From a virus, in IMG/VR virus record IMGVR_UViG_3300031841_004520, positions 32,001 through 96,000 of that record: DNA of 64,000 nucleotides; one strand, 5' to 3'. Below, piece by piece: positions 47,884 through 57,346 of the stretch. Both the position numbers and the translations under genes were made by a program. Each line of letters begins with the position of its first letter. Position 1 is the first letter of the stretch. The notes under the pieces were generated by a model. It was given only the letters and a program-made list of their open reading frames with translations. It was not told where the DNA came from and did not search any database.

Positions 47884-47958
47884 TCAGGATACAGCGACGG
47901 CGAAAGAAATAACATAAAGGCCATCAGCTAGGTAAGTGTTAATAAAATTTACAGTCAT
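47884..47958 (-). CDS. Possible leaderless 24-aa peptide upstream of nrdJ
   Basis: MTVNFINTYLADGLYVISFAVAVS; the ATG is 6 nt downstream of TATAAT. Confidence 0.25.
   Translation of the reverse strand: MTVNFINTYLADGLYVISFAVAVS
47892..47930 (-). promoter_or_regulatory. Stem-loop in the nrdJ leader
   Basis: UAGC-U-GAUGGC pairs with GCCGUC-GCUG around an 18-nt loop similar to the loop upstream of the TMP. Confidence 0.45.
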
Positions 47959-47964
47959 GATAGT

Positions 47965-47977
47965 ATTATAGTACACC
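47965..47977 (-). promoter_or_regulatory. Putative phage promoter, GGTGTA-NN-ATAAT
   Basis: Minus strand reads GGTGTACTATAAT upstream of nrdJ and matches 658-670. Confidence 0.5.
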
Positions 47978-48433
47978 GAACAGATCTTGCAACCAAGAAA
48001 CATTCGGTTTTGTTTTTATAATCTCTATCTTACTCTGTTTAACAAAAAGGTTGAATTTTTTTTGTTCTTTTTCATTGAATAATTTTGTTCCGTGGCTGTC
48101 CCACATTATTACTTTTTTTATTCCTTCTTGGTGTAGGGCGAGTATGCAGTCGTTGCAACACTGACCTGTAATATACGCAATACCGTTGTCTGGACGTACA
48201 ACACAATTAGACAAAGCATTGCGTTCAGCATGAATCATCCAATCATATTTTTCTGGACGAGTTTTTGGTAAGGATTCGTCATCCATACCTTTAGGGAAAC
48301 CATTGTAGCCAACACCCAATATTCTGTTGTGTTGATCTGTAATCACGCAGCCGTGTTGGGTATGAATGTCATGACTACGTTGCGATGCAACTTTTGCAAT
48401 TCCTAAAAAATAATCTGTCCAGTTTGGTCTCAT
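47966..48433 (-). CDS. dCMP deaminase
   Basis: RPNWTDYF, GYNG, HAERNA and CxxC. Confidence 0.9.
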   Translation of the reverse strand: MRPNWTDYFLGIAKVASQRSHDIHTQHGCVITDQHNRILGVGYNGFPKGMDDESLPKTRPEKYDWMIHAERNALSNCVVRPDNGIAYITGQCCNDCILALHQEGIKKVIMWDSHGTKLFNEKEQKKFNLFVKQSKIEIIKTKPNVSWLQDLFGVL

Positions 48434-48436
48434 ATT

Positions 48437-49393
48437 TTATACTATTGGTATCTCAGTTTGGATATTGGGAAAATCTTTTAAAAACTCTTCAGGGTTATTG
48501 AAATTATCTTCTAATGGCTGTTCTTTAGACTGCTTAATTGTTACATGATCTATTTCTTCTGGTTTTATTTTTATATTTATTCCGTTTTGATCATAGACTT
48601 CCTGAAGGTATTCCAGTTTATTTTTCTGTGCGTGTAACACTTCATAATTTATTATGCACTTAGGTCCATCGAAGTTGTTATATATTTCAGCAATTTTTTC
48701 TTGAGCGTTTTTTATCTGATTAAATTTACCTAAATATGCTTCTTTATTCCACGTAATCTTTAGCTTTTTGCATTCTTGTATTCTGTTCATATTTTTTTCG
48801 TTAGTGTCAATATACCACACATTATTTAGGTTTCCTTTAACTTCGCTAATATGCGTCAACAAAGCACTTTTCCTGTGTGGTATTATTAAAGCATTGCAGT
48901 GTTTTAGTATTTTGTTTATATCTATATTATTATTCATCCTGTCTGTTTCTTCTAAAGATGTTTGACCTAGGAAAACTTTTACTATTGTATTTTTATTCAC
49001 AGTTTTGTTTAAAAACTTTACACTTACTCCATACAATTCTTCGTTAGATGGTTCGATAAATCTTTCCATCTCTTCGATAAGTTCCTGTATAGGTACTGAG
49101 TGATATTCACGAACTAAGCTTGATAAATTCCTAAGTAAAAACTCCTGATGTGCATCAAGCCATCCCGCATACTTATATATATAATTGCTTTTGTGAGCAG
49201 CCATTAACTGTACAACTTTTGTTTTTATGTACATATTCCAAAAGATATGATTGAAAAATTCACCCAAACAAAACCATTCTTTAAAATTTGAACGAATTGT
49301 TGACAGTATGAAATTTGTACCAACTCTACCACAAGCTGACAACATGATAGCATTTGTCTTGTTACAGCTTGGAGAAGTGTTCTTTGATTTCAT
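48437..49393 (-). CDS. Sulfotransferase-like protein (Stf0-like)
   Basis: PAPS-loop-like GRVGTNF, GEFFN, YEVL and a C-terminal KQS...N. Confidence 0.6.
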   Translation of the reverse strand: MKSKNTSPSCNKTNAIMLSACGRVGTNFILSTIRSNFKEWFCLGEFFNHIFWNMYIKTKVVQLMAAHKSNYIYKYAGWLDAHQEFLLRNLSSLVREYHSVPIQELIEEMERFIEPSNEELYGVSVKFLNKTVNKNTIVKVFLGQTSLEETDRMNNNIDINKILKHCNALIIPHRKSALLTHISEVKGNLNNVWYIDTNEKNMNRIQECKKLKITWNKEAYLGKFNQIKNAQEKIAEIYNNFDGPKCIINYEVLHAQKNKLEYLQEVYDQNGINIKIKPEEIDHVTIKQSKEQPLEDNFNNPEEFLKDFPNIQTEIPIV

Positions 49394-50213
49394 CAAATTT
49401 ACCTTTATTATTCAGTTTATACAGCCCGTTGCTATCCATTTCCAGATCTTTAATATCAAAATCATGAGTAAGTATTTTTTCTCTAGAATTATATCCTCTA
49501 TATTTGTAGTCTCCGTGATATAAATGCTCTACGACACCTTTACAATAGCCAACATCTACGCCAGAAGATTTGTCTAAATTTTGATAATAATTTAAAAAAT
49601 CTTGTATCAAATTATTAGGCATTGCGAATATCTTGTAATTAACAATATCGCCTAACCAAGCATATAATTGTAAGCCATCATTACTACCCATAATATGTTT
49701 ATCATAAAAGCCGTTTGGTAAAAGTGATCTGCGACATCCCCAGGATAGTCCAACAGCCAAGCTGCGTCCTATAGGTTCATTATGATGTATGTAAGAGTGT
49801 AGTAGTTTGGCATAAGAAAAGCAGTTGAGATTATGATTAAAATGATTGTCTAGCTCTACCACTCTTTCAAACGGTTGACCAAAACACTTTTCATCTAATA
49901 ATTTATCTAATTCCGTAAGCCAATCGTCATTATGAAATACTACATCTGTATCTACCCATACAATTTTATCTACACTATCAGGCAAAGTTTCTAAAGCTAT
50001 ATTGAAACATCTTTCCTTTTGCCATAAAAAATTTTCAGGCTTAGCTACAATTTGTATAGCATCATCTATAAAAAAATGAGATGCGTCTGTAGCTAATTCT
50101 ACTGTAATTAGATCATGGGCAAAGTTTTTTCTAAATTTCTCATAGTTAGATTTTCTAACAGGATTATTATTATAATTAAAATATGAGCATATTGCCTTAA
50201 TCATTGAAGTCAT
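49362..50213 (-). CDS. GT-A-like glycosyltransferase, WQKER family copy 1
   Basis: SYFN, WQKERCFN, WVDTD and HLYHG. Confidence 0.6.
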   Translation of the reverse strand: MTSMIKAICSYFNYNNNPVRKSNYEKFRKNFAHDLITVELATDASHFFIDDAIQIVAKPENFLWQKERCFNIALETLPDSVDKIVWVDTDVVFHNDDWLTELDKLLDEKCFGQPFERVVELDNHFNHNLNCFSYAKLLHSYIHHNEPIGRSLAVGLSWGCRRSLLPNGFYDKHIMGSNDGLQLYAWLGDIVNYKIFAMPNNLIQDFLNYYQNLDKSSGVDVGYCKGVVEHLYHGDYKYRGYNSREKILTHDFDIKDLEMDSNGLYKLNNKGKFDEIKEHFSKL

Positions 50214-50625
50214 GTTCCTGTATACGTTTTTCTATATCAAGATTAAATGCAACCGACTTAACTAAGTTAATGTTGAAGTCTCCATCTTCGTTAGAGTCGC
50301 ACACATGCGGATTGTATGTGGTAGTCCTAATAAAATTTACGATCATTTTTAGTAGCCGTTCTTTTTGTTGATGTGCATAGGCTATCTCTTCAAAAAGGAA
50401 AGCTAAAAATTTGTGTATGTCTGTTGTTTTGCAGGGTAGCATGCCCATATTTATACCGTAGCATACCCAATGAAAATACAGTCTTTCTTTTTCTGTCACG
50501 CTATGTTCTTTACAATAAGGTTGATAAAAATCAGAAACCTCAGGGTATTGTTCTGAGTATGTAACTTCATCAAAAAATTGATTACATTTATTCTTTTTAT
50601 AAAAATCTTTTAGTGTTATTTCCAT
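50197..50625 (-). CDS. Hypothetical protein with FDxxxYxxxYP...HW..YG motif
   Basis: 142-aa ORF in the glycan cluster. Confidence 0.5.
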   Translation of the reverse strand: MEITLKDFYKKNKCNQFFDEVTYSEQYPEVSDFYQPYCKEHSVTEKERLYFHWVCYGINMGMLPCKTTDIHKFLAFLFEEIAYAHQQKERLLKMIVNFIRTTTYNPHVCDSNEDGDFNINLVKSVAFNLDIEKRIQEHDFND

Positions 50626-50628
50626 AAT

Positions 50629-51267
50629 TTAATTTTTGTAGGCAAAAAACCTATGAAAAGGACAGTCCATAATACCAATAATTCTGTCCATCAATAACTG
50701 CTCAGTAATATCTACCAAAATATTACTATTACATACATCAACAACTCCTTGATATACATCTTGGTTTCCAGGTATATCATCAATAACAACTATGGTGTCA
50801 GTATGAGCGAATTTTTTACAATCATGGACATCTTGAATTAAATCGTCTGTACTATGACCTCCATCAATATGAATTAAATCATATTTTTGTGTCGGAATAT
50901 GTTTTTTTATAGTGGTATGACTGTTACCAGCAGTAAATATGCAGTCATAATTCTGTGCTAAATAATCGCAACTACCCTTGGTATAAGGATGGCTAAATAA
51001 ATCAAAACCTAGTACTTTTAATTTTGGATTAGCGTACAAACACAAGCCTACAGAATGTCCTCCATTAATTCCTACTTGAACTAAACTTTCAGAAACTCTA
51101 GACAAATTGTATAAATTGTTTCTTAGTGAATACTTCTCTGTATCTAAAACAAAATGGCTGGCATGATTGTATAGGCAATTTCCCTCAAAGTCAGGCAAAT
51201 ATGGTTTTACAGATTTATTTAAGTTTTTGACTATTTCAGAATCAAGAAATTCGTTGTCATTAAGCAT
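50629..51267 (-). CDS. Class I SAM methyltransferase (Methyltransf_24-like)
   Basis: QVGINGGHS, GNS, YDLIHIDGGH and VVIDD. Confidence 0.8.
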   Translation of the reverse strand: MLNDNEFLDSEIVKNLNKSVKPYLPDFEGNCLYNHASHFVLDTEKYSLRNNLYNLSRVSESLVQVGINGGHSVGLCLYANPKLKVLGFDLFSHPYTKGSCDYLAQNYDCIFTAGNSHTTIKKHIPTQKYDLIHIDGGHSTDDLIQDVHDCKKFAHTDTIVVIDDIPGNQDVYQGVVDVCNSNILVDITEQLLMDRIIGIMDCPFHRFFAYKN

Positions 51268-52015
51268 TAATTATTTCCTTTGCCATTTCTAATCTATATT
51301 GATTAATTTGATTGTGTGTGTAACCAAGCCTCTCTGCTCTTTTCCACGATGTGCCGTGACCTAAATGATATATTTCCATATTAGGAAAATCTTTTTCTTC
51401 CGGATCGTAGTGCCTACAGATCTTGGTATGATGTCTTGAAATATTAAATACTTTCATTACATCAGAAAGTGTGTTTTGATGATATACAGCTTCAAGAAAG
51501 TCTTGATCTCCAAAACATCTCCTGTTTCTTTCTTCATAATGTTTCTTGCACCAATTAACAATATTATTTTTTTGTGCAATTAAGAATAAGATATATTTCT
51601 CCCAACCATGACTGTCTGCAGAGGCAAAGCATGAACAACATTCGTCTCTCCAATATAATTTACTATCTATCTTGTGATCAAATCTAAATCTTTTATTTAT
51701 TACATCATAATCAGATATAAAAGAAGGTTCTTGTATTGTGTGGAAAGCAGCTATTTCTCTTTGTGCAGCCAACCAATATCTATGAACTGGATTTTTTTGT
51801 TTTAGTCCTGCACCTCCCCTAACTTCTATATGTACTTCTTGCACTAAGTCCATATATTGATTAAATAGTGATGATTTTTTGGCATCATCAATAGACAAAA
51901 TGATAGGATCAAAACCTTGCTTTTTCCAGCTCTCTTCCCACACACCTAGCAAGCTCTCATGCATTTCTTGATCTGGATCATTTAGATTTTCATAATATGT
52001 ATATATTTTTGTCAT
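51260..52015 (-). CDS. Putative GT-A-like glycosyltransferase
   Basis: WEESWKKQG, SDYDV and GDQD. Confidence 0.5.
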   Translation of the reverse strand: MTKIYTYYENLNDPDQEMHESLLGVWEESWKKQGFDPIILSIDDAKKSSLFNQYMDLVQEVHIEVRGGAGLKQKNPVHRYWLAAQREIAAFHTIQEPSFISDYDVINKRFRFDHKIDSKLYWRDECCSCFASADSHGWEKYILFLIAQKNNIVNWCKKHYEERNRRCFGDQDFLEAVYHQNTLSDVMKVFNISRHHTKICRHYDPEEKDFPNMEIYHLGHGTSWKRAERLGYTHNQINQYRLEMAKEIINA

Positions 52016-53205
52016 AGCGTATTGATTTCACAAGGGACATCAAAAATTTTACTAATCCAATAAACAAAACCAGACCCCCAATCATACACACTGTAAGATA
52101 TATTACTTTTGCTTTCAGAAAGAATCTTTACATCTAAAGCTGTGTGTAATAATTTTTCATCTTCTATGTCTTGATTTTGAAAATCAGTAAAAGTAAGGGT
52201 AGAAGGAGCATAGGATGTATGAGTGCTCTTTTCGTGTATAATGTGTATCTTTTTGCTCTTGTTGACCTTCTTAAAGTATGCTTTTAAATCATTGCAGTCC
52301 GACATAATGATTAGATTTTTACACTTACTATCTTTCAAATATTTTTTTGCCATTTTGTAGTATTCACTATAGTCATGATCAAAAGATTTGTAATTAGGAT
52401 TTTCTTTAATATACTCTGGCAAATCAGATATTTGCTCGTCTAAGTGAGATACGCTTTTTCTGTCGCCTAGCCTAAAGTGTAAAACATGATAGTCTTTTAT
52501 ATTAAGTGTTTGATAAAGATTTTCTACATCTTTATGAAAGTAAATATGAAATTTAAAATATCTTTTGCATTTATCTGTTAGGTTGTAGTTTTGTAAGAAA
52601 CATCTAGCATTTCTGTCATAGTGCGGCACAATTAGAACATCATGATAAAATGAAGATATTGCTAGATCTTTTGAACTACTTATGGTCTCGTTAAGTATCT
52701 TTTTCATGTGCATAGACCAATTTTGGGAACCTCTATTGGATTCTGCTTCTACTTCTAAATCTATGGGCTCTGATTGCGTTTCAGGGGCTGTGGTTAAAAT
52801 AAACTTACCGATAGGGTGCTGTTTAAAATCAAGGGTTACAGAGGCTTGTGTGTGATGACACAAGTTTTCAAATAGATGCACAGAACCTCTGAGAAAATCC
52901 CCTATACCACCACTAAATCTCTTAGTGTAGCAATTAGTTACACTTTTTAAATTTGATACATTTACAGGATATATACTAGACAGCTCAAAATGAGATAAGT
53001 CATGATCATCTCTATATAGTTGTAAAATAAAATTATACAAGATATCCATATGATGTCTTTGTGTAATCACCAATATGGATTTTACCAACCATTCATCTAA
53101 CTGAGACTTATCTTTGCAATAGTCATACTGTAAAAAGTATTCAGCAAAAGTTACTAAGTCTCCAGTATTAACAAAGTCATTAAGTATCTCTTTAGGTTCG
53201 GCCAT
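52012..53205 (-). CDS. Putative fucosyltransferase-like (NodZ/GT23-like) glycosyltransferase
   Basis: GGIGDFLRG, HFRLGD, IMSD and a D..ILS...SGF motif. Confidence 0.6.
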   Translation of the reverse strand: MAEPKEILNDFVNTGDLVTFAEYFLQYDYCKDKSQLDEWLVKSILVITQRHHMDILYNFILQLYRDDHDLSHFELSSIYPVNVSNLKSVTNCYTKRFSGGIGDFLRGSVHLFENLCHHTQASVTLDFKQHPIGKFILTTAPETQSEPIDLEVEAESNRGSQNWSMHMKKILNETISSSKDLAISSFYHDVLIVPHYDRNARCFLQNYNLTDKCKRYFKFHIYFHKDVENLYQTLNIKDYHVLHFRLGDRKSVSHLDEQISDLPEYIKENPNYKSFDHDYSEYYKMAKKYLKDSKCKNLIIMSDCNDLKAYFKKVNKSKKIHIIHEKSTHTSYAPSTLTFTDFQNQDIEDEKLLHTALDVKILSESKSNISYSVYDWGSGFVYWISKIFDVPCEINTL

Positions 53206-54166
53206 TTTGTTCCTGTATCCATTTATATGTCTTCTCTAATCCATTATAAAGTGTCATAGAGGGTTGCCAACCTAATTCTTTTTGTAAAAGTCTATTATCA
53301 GAATTTCTACCATTAACACCCACGGGACCATCTACATTTTTGTATTTAACATTCTTGCCAGACAATTTAATAATCATTTCTGCAAACTGATTGATGCTCA
53401 CCATTTCTTCACTACCAATATTAACTGGTCCAGCAAAATCTGATCGTGTTAATCTTAATGTGCCTTCTATACACTCATCAATATATAGGAATGATCTTGT
53501 TTGCTTACCCGTTCCCCAAATTTCAATAGTATCTCCTTCTTCTGCCCTAATAACTTTTCTACACAATGCAGCAGGAGCTTTCTCTTTGCCTCCATCCCAA
53601 GTGCCTTCTGGCCCAAAGATATTATGATACCTAGCTATGCTTACGTCTAATCCATGATTTCTTTGTAATGCTAAATAAAATCTTTCACTAAATAGTTTTT
53701 CCCATCCATATTCACTATCTGGTGCGGCTGGATATGCAGAATCTTCGCTACATTTTGGGTTGTCTGGATCTTCTTGATTATATGCTGGATACATGCAGGC
53801 ACTGCTGCTATAGAACAGCTTACCGACTTTTTTGCTAACAGCTATTGAGCCTATATTAAGATTAATTTGTGCAGAATTATGCATGATACCCGCATCGTTC
53901 TCTCCAGTGAAAATATATCCTGCTCCACCCATATCTGCTGCTAGTTGATAAACTTCGTCAAACACTTCTCCATTAGGTAAAGACATTACTCTTTCAGCAT
54001 TTCTAAAATTACACAAATCTCCTAGTGCAAAATCATCAGCTTCTGTTGTAGAGAAATCTGGTATCTTTAGATCCGCACCTCTAACCCAGTATCCATCTGC
54101 CTTTAATCTTTTAACAAGATGCGATCCTATGAATCCACCGGCTCCACACACTAATGCTGTTTTCAT
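53192..54166 (-). CDS. GDP-mannose 3',5'-epimerase-like NAD-dependent epimerase
   Basis: GAGGFIGSH, LAADMGGAG, SSACMYP, YGWEK, KAPAALCRK and GRNSDN. Confidence 0.9.
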   Translation of the reverse strand: MKTALVCGAGGFIGSHLVKRLKADGYWVRGADLKIPDFSTTEADDFALGDLCNFRNAERVMSLPNGEVFDEVYQLAADMGGAGYIFTGENDAGIMHNSAQINLNIGSIAVSKKVGKLFYSSSACMYPAYNQEDPDNPKCSEDSAYPAAPDSEYGWEKLFSERFYLALQRNHGLDVSIARYHNIFGPEGTWDGGKEKAPAALCRKVIRAEEGDTIEIWGTGKQTRSFLYIDECIEGTLRLTRSDFAGPVNIGSEEMVSINQFAEMIIKLSGKNVKYKNVDGPVGVNGRNSDNRLLQKELGWQPSMTLYNGLEKTYKWIQEQNGRT

Positions 54167-55107
54167 CTAGCTTGCCTCTTTTTTTCTATTTCTTTTTGTA
54201 ACATAGATAAGAATTGATTATTTAATTGTCTTATGTTGTCTAGCTGCCAATTAACCACACTTTCGTAGTAATCGATATTTTTTTCTAGCTCTTCTATTTT
54301 GTCTTGTACACAAGTTATATTATTACAAATCATGTCTGGGTGCAAGAAATGACTATTATCATTAGCGGTTTGTCCTATACACACTGTGTTTAATGAGCTT
54401 GCGTCATGGAAAAATTGACCATGTCTTTGACTAATACATATTGCATATTTAGATTTTGATAAATTGCTATAATATTGTTTCGATTCACCCTCTATAATAT
54501 TAGTAGGACAATAATATGAAGTATTTTTTACTGGAGAATTATTGTTGTTTGGCATATCTAACATATATTCGTCTTTATCTCTATTGTCTAAAAAGTACCC
54601 ATGCTTGTTTGTAACATTAAACATTTTTTGCATAGCTTCTATATCTCTAGGAAAAGTAAAGAACTTTTCATTAATATGTCTTTGCTGTTGATGATTAATA
54701 TGTTGCAAAAATACGTCGTAGTCTTGACTATATTTAGCATCAAAATGCTCAGCATTAAAATATAAAAATAGAGTATTGGGGTATCTATCAATAATATTTT
54801 TTTGTATTATTGCATCTTCTGATATTACTACATCATATTGACCAAAATCTACATCATCAATATTCACTGTATTTTGTGTGTGTTGCTTTACGGTGTCGAA
54901 CAAATGAGAAATCTCTCTCATCCAGGGCATAGCAATAGTTTCATTAATTATTGCACAGTCCATTTGTAACAATAATATCATTTGCAAAGGATGTCCAGCT
55001 TTAGCATAAAATTTTGAAAGTATAAATTCTGGACTAACATCATTAAACTTAAATGATGACCACGGGCCACCTATGTGTATTTTTTGCTTAACATACAGAC
55101 TTTTCAC
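54163..55107 (-). CDS. Putative glycosyltransferase-like protein
   Basis: GTGA overlap start. Y...LSKSKY motif resembles a GT-B C-terminus. Confidence 0.45.
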   Translation of the reverse strand: MKSLYVKQKIHIGGPWSSFKFNDVSPEFILSKFYAKAGHPLQMILLLQMDCAIINETIAMPWMREISHLFDTVKQHTQNTVNIDDVDFGQYDVVISEDAIIQKNIIDRYPNTLFLYFNAEHFDAKYSQDYDVFLQHINHQQQRHINEKFFTFPRDIEAMQKMFNVTNKHGYFLDNRDKDEYMLDMPNNNNSPVKNTSYYCPTNIIEGESKQYYSNLSKSKYAICISQRHGQFFHDASSLNTVCIGQTANDNSHFLHPDMICNNITCVQDKIEELEKNIDYYESVVNWQLDNIRQLNNQFLSMLQKEIEKKRQAR

Positions 55108-56309
55108 AACATGCCCCAAGGATCAACGACTTTTTTATTATAAAAATTTAATCCAGCAAATCTTTTATCTGGATGCATAATTATTATGCAATCACTTTTA
55201 TTAATTAGGTCTTCTGGCGTTTGTTCCATAAAAATATTTAAATTTTCAGATGTTTGCACTATGTAATCAAATACCCGCACTTGTTTTTGTATTCTTTTTA
55301 GAAGTGATACAGATGGCGACCCTATGGTAACTGGTGAGTCAGGTTTAAAAGATAAACCAAGAATGCCTATGTTTTGATATTTATCACACTCTTTAGCTAT
55401 ACTATTTAAAACCATATCGTTAACTTCTTGTGCAAATATTAGATTTTTAGCTATATGATTCCTGTCTTTAGCGAATTTTACAAAAGCGGTGGCATCTCTG
55501 GGAAAACAGGTACCTCCATATGGAGCACCCGCGCCAAAAAACTTATTACCAATTCTTTGGTCCATACCTACAACATTAGTAATATTATGGACATTGACAT
55601 TTGGCAAGCCTTTACAAAGCTCTCCTAAAAAATTAGCAAAAGTAATTTTACTTACTATATATGCATTTAAAGCAACCTTAGCTATTTCAGTTTCTTCTAA
55701 GGTTAAAGATTCATGACTACAATTGTTTTGGTGCATTTTAGACCAAACTTTATGTACAGTTTCTAAATCTCTAACATTATTAGATCCGACTAGGAAAAAG
55801 TCTGGATTTTTAAAATCTTTAATAACGCTGCCTAATTTTACAAAATCAGGTACATACGCAAAGCCAAAATCATCCTCAAATTTTTTACCAGAAATTTTCT
55901 CTATGTCAGATATTAATTTTTTAATACTACCAGGTAAAACAGTTGAAGATAGAACTATGGTATGATACGGCTTTTCTATCTTTTTCAAGTTTACAGCTAT
56001 ATCAGACATAGCAGCTTCTACAAAATCAGCAGCATAGCCATCATCTCCCAACTGTGTATTAACTAAAATTATAGATACGTCTGTCTCTTTAATTGCCTGT
56101 TCATATGAGTCTGTAAATTTTAAAAATCTATGCTTGCAGCTATTAAACAATTCTTCAAGACCCGGTTCATAAAATGGAAGCTGTCCATTTTTTAAACTAT
56201 CTAATATATATTCGTTTTTATCAACAGCAACTATACTATTCCCTATTTCTGCTAAACAGCTTGCCAAAGGTAGTCCTAGTTTTCCCAAACCTATAAAACT
56301 TATATTCAT
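55104..56309 (-). CDS. UDP-glucose/GDP-mannose dehydrogenase family
   Basis: GLGKLGLP, FYEPGL, STVLPG, GGTCFPRD and GLSFKP. Confidence 0.9.
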   Translation of the reverse strand: MNISFIGLGKLGLPLASCLAEIGNSIVAVDKNEYILDSLKNGQLPFYEPGLEELFNSCKHRFLKFTDSYEQAIKETDVSIILVNTQLGDDGYAADFVEAAMSDIAVNLKKIEKPYHTIVLSSTVLPGSIKKLISDIEKISGKKFEDDFGFAYVPDFVKLGSVIKDFKNPDFFLVGSNNVRDLETVHKVWSKMHQNNCSHESLTLEETEIAKVALNAYIVSKITFANFLGELCKGLPNVNVHNITNVVGMDQRIGNKFFGAGAPYGGTCFPRDATAFVKFAKDRNHIAKNLIFAQEVNDMVLNSIAKECDKYQNIGILGLSFKPDSPVTIGSPSVSLLKRIQKQVRVFDYIVQTSENLNIFMEQTPEDLINKSDCIIIMHPDKRFAGLNFYNKKVVDPWGML

Positions 56310-57346
56310 TGTAATACCTGTAATATTTTTTTGGTTAGATCTAAAGGTCCTATAGATACCCTAAAACAATTTTGCAATCCCTCCAAGTAACTCCTATCTC
56401 TGACTAAAATTTTATTTTCTGCTAAAACCTTTAGTGTATTTTTAATATTATCGGTTTTAACAATTATAAAGTTTCCGTAACCCTTTAGTGTTTGGTACGA
56501 TGTGTTTAAATTATCATAAAAATATTGCTTAGACAATTCCGTTTGCTCAACACATGAGTTCAAATAATCAATATCAGACAATGCAGCTATTCCAGCAAGT
56601 TGAGCAATTGAGTTTACACTTTTGCCATTTTTAATTTTTTGTAAAGATTTTATATTTTCTTTATTAGATATAATATATCCTAGTCTAAATGAAGCTAAGC
56701 CAAATGCCTTAGAGAAAGTTCTTGTCACAACAATATTAGAAAATTGTTTTGTTAATTGCACACAACTTGTTTTACAAAACTCATAATAGGCTTCATCTAT
56801 AATAAATAGAGTATTTGGATTATCTTTTAGTAAACTTTCAATAACAGATATGGGTATCAAATGTCCAGTTGGATTATTAGGATTAACTATATATACAACA
56901 TTATGCTTTGAGCATTCTTCAAAGTCGTATTCATGTTTATCAAAAATATTATTTATTAAAGAGCTTGTGTGGTTGGCTGTATTAATATCAATAAAGGTAT
57001 CTACCTGAGTATATGATGGTGCATAGGTCAGAACACTGGTGCTTTCATCTACAAACACAGAAAATATGTCTTTTAAAGCATCGTCAGATCCATTGTATAC
57101 CTCAATATTTTCTTTTGGAACATCAACATACTCAGATATTTTGCTTTTAAGTTGTTGTTGTGTGATATCAGGATATAGTCTAAAATTAATTTGTTTGGTT
57201 AAACTGTCAAAAACTTCTGTTACCTTGGCACTAGGAGCAAACAAAGACTCGTTCCAATCACAAAGAGTCCACGACTTATCTAAAGTAAATCTATTAGATG
57301 TAACATATGGTTTAATTGTTGCCAAATGTTTATTGTGCTTAATCAT
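56306..57346 (-). CDS. HisC-like PLP-dependent aminotransferase/decarboxylase
   Basis: NGSDD, NPNNPTG, DEAY, RTFSKAFGLASFRLG and RVSIG. Confidence 0.88.
   Translation of the reverse strand: MIKHNKHLATIKPYVTSNRFTLDKSWTLCDWNESLFAPSAKVTEVFDSLTKQINFRLYPDITQQQLKSKISEYVDVPKENIEVYNGSDDALKDIFSVFVDESTSVLTYAPSYTQVDTFIDINTANHTSSLINNIFDKHEYDFEECSKHNVVYIVNPNNPTGHLIPISVIESLLKDNPNTLFIIDEAYYEFCKTSCVQLTKQFSNIVVTRTFSKAFGLASFRLGYIISNKENIKSLQKIKNGKSVNSIAQLAGIAALSDIDYLNSCVEQTELSKQYFYDNLNTSYQTLKGYGNFIIVKTDNIKNTLKVLAENKILVRDRSYLEGLQNCFRVSIGPLDLTKKILQVLQ

Noticed and set aside
47865-47965. Cobalamin riboswitch upstream of nrdJ
   Set aside because: The region is short and AT-rich, and no B12-box or core riboswitch motifs are recognisable.
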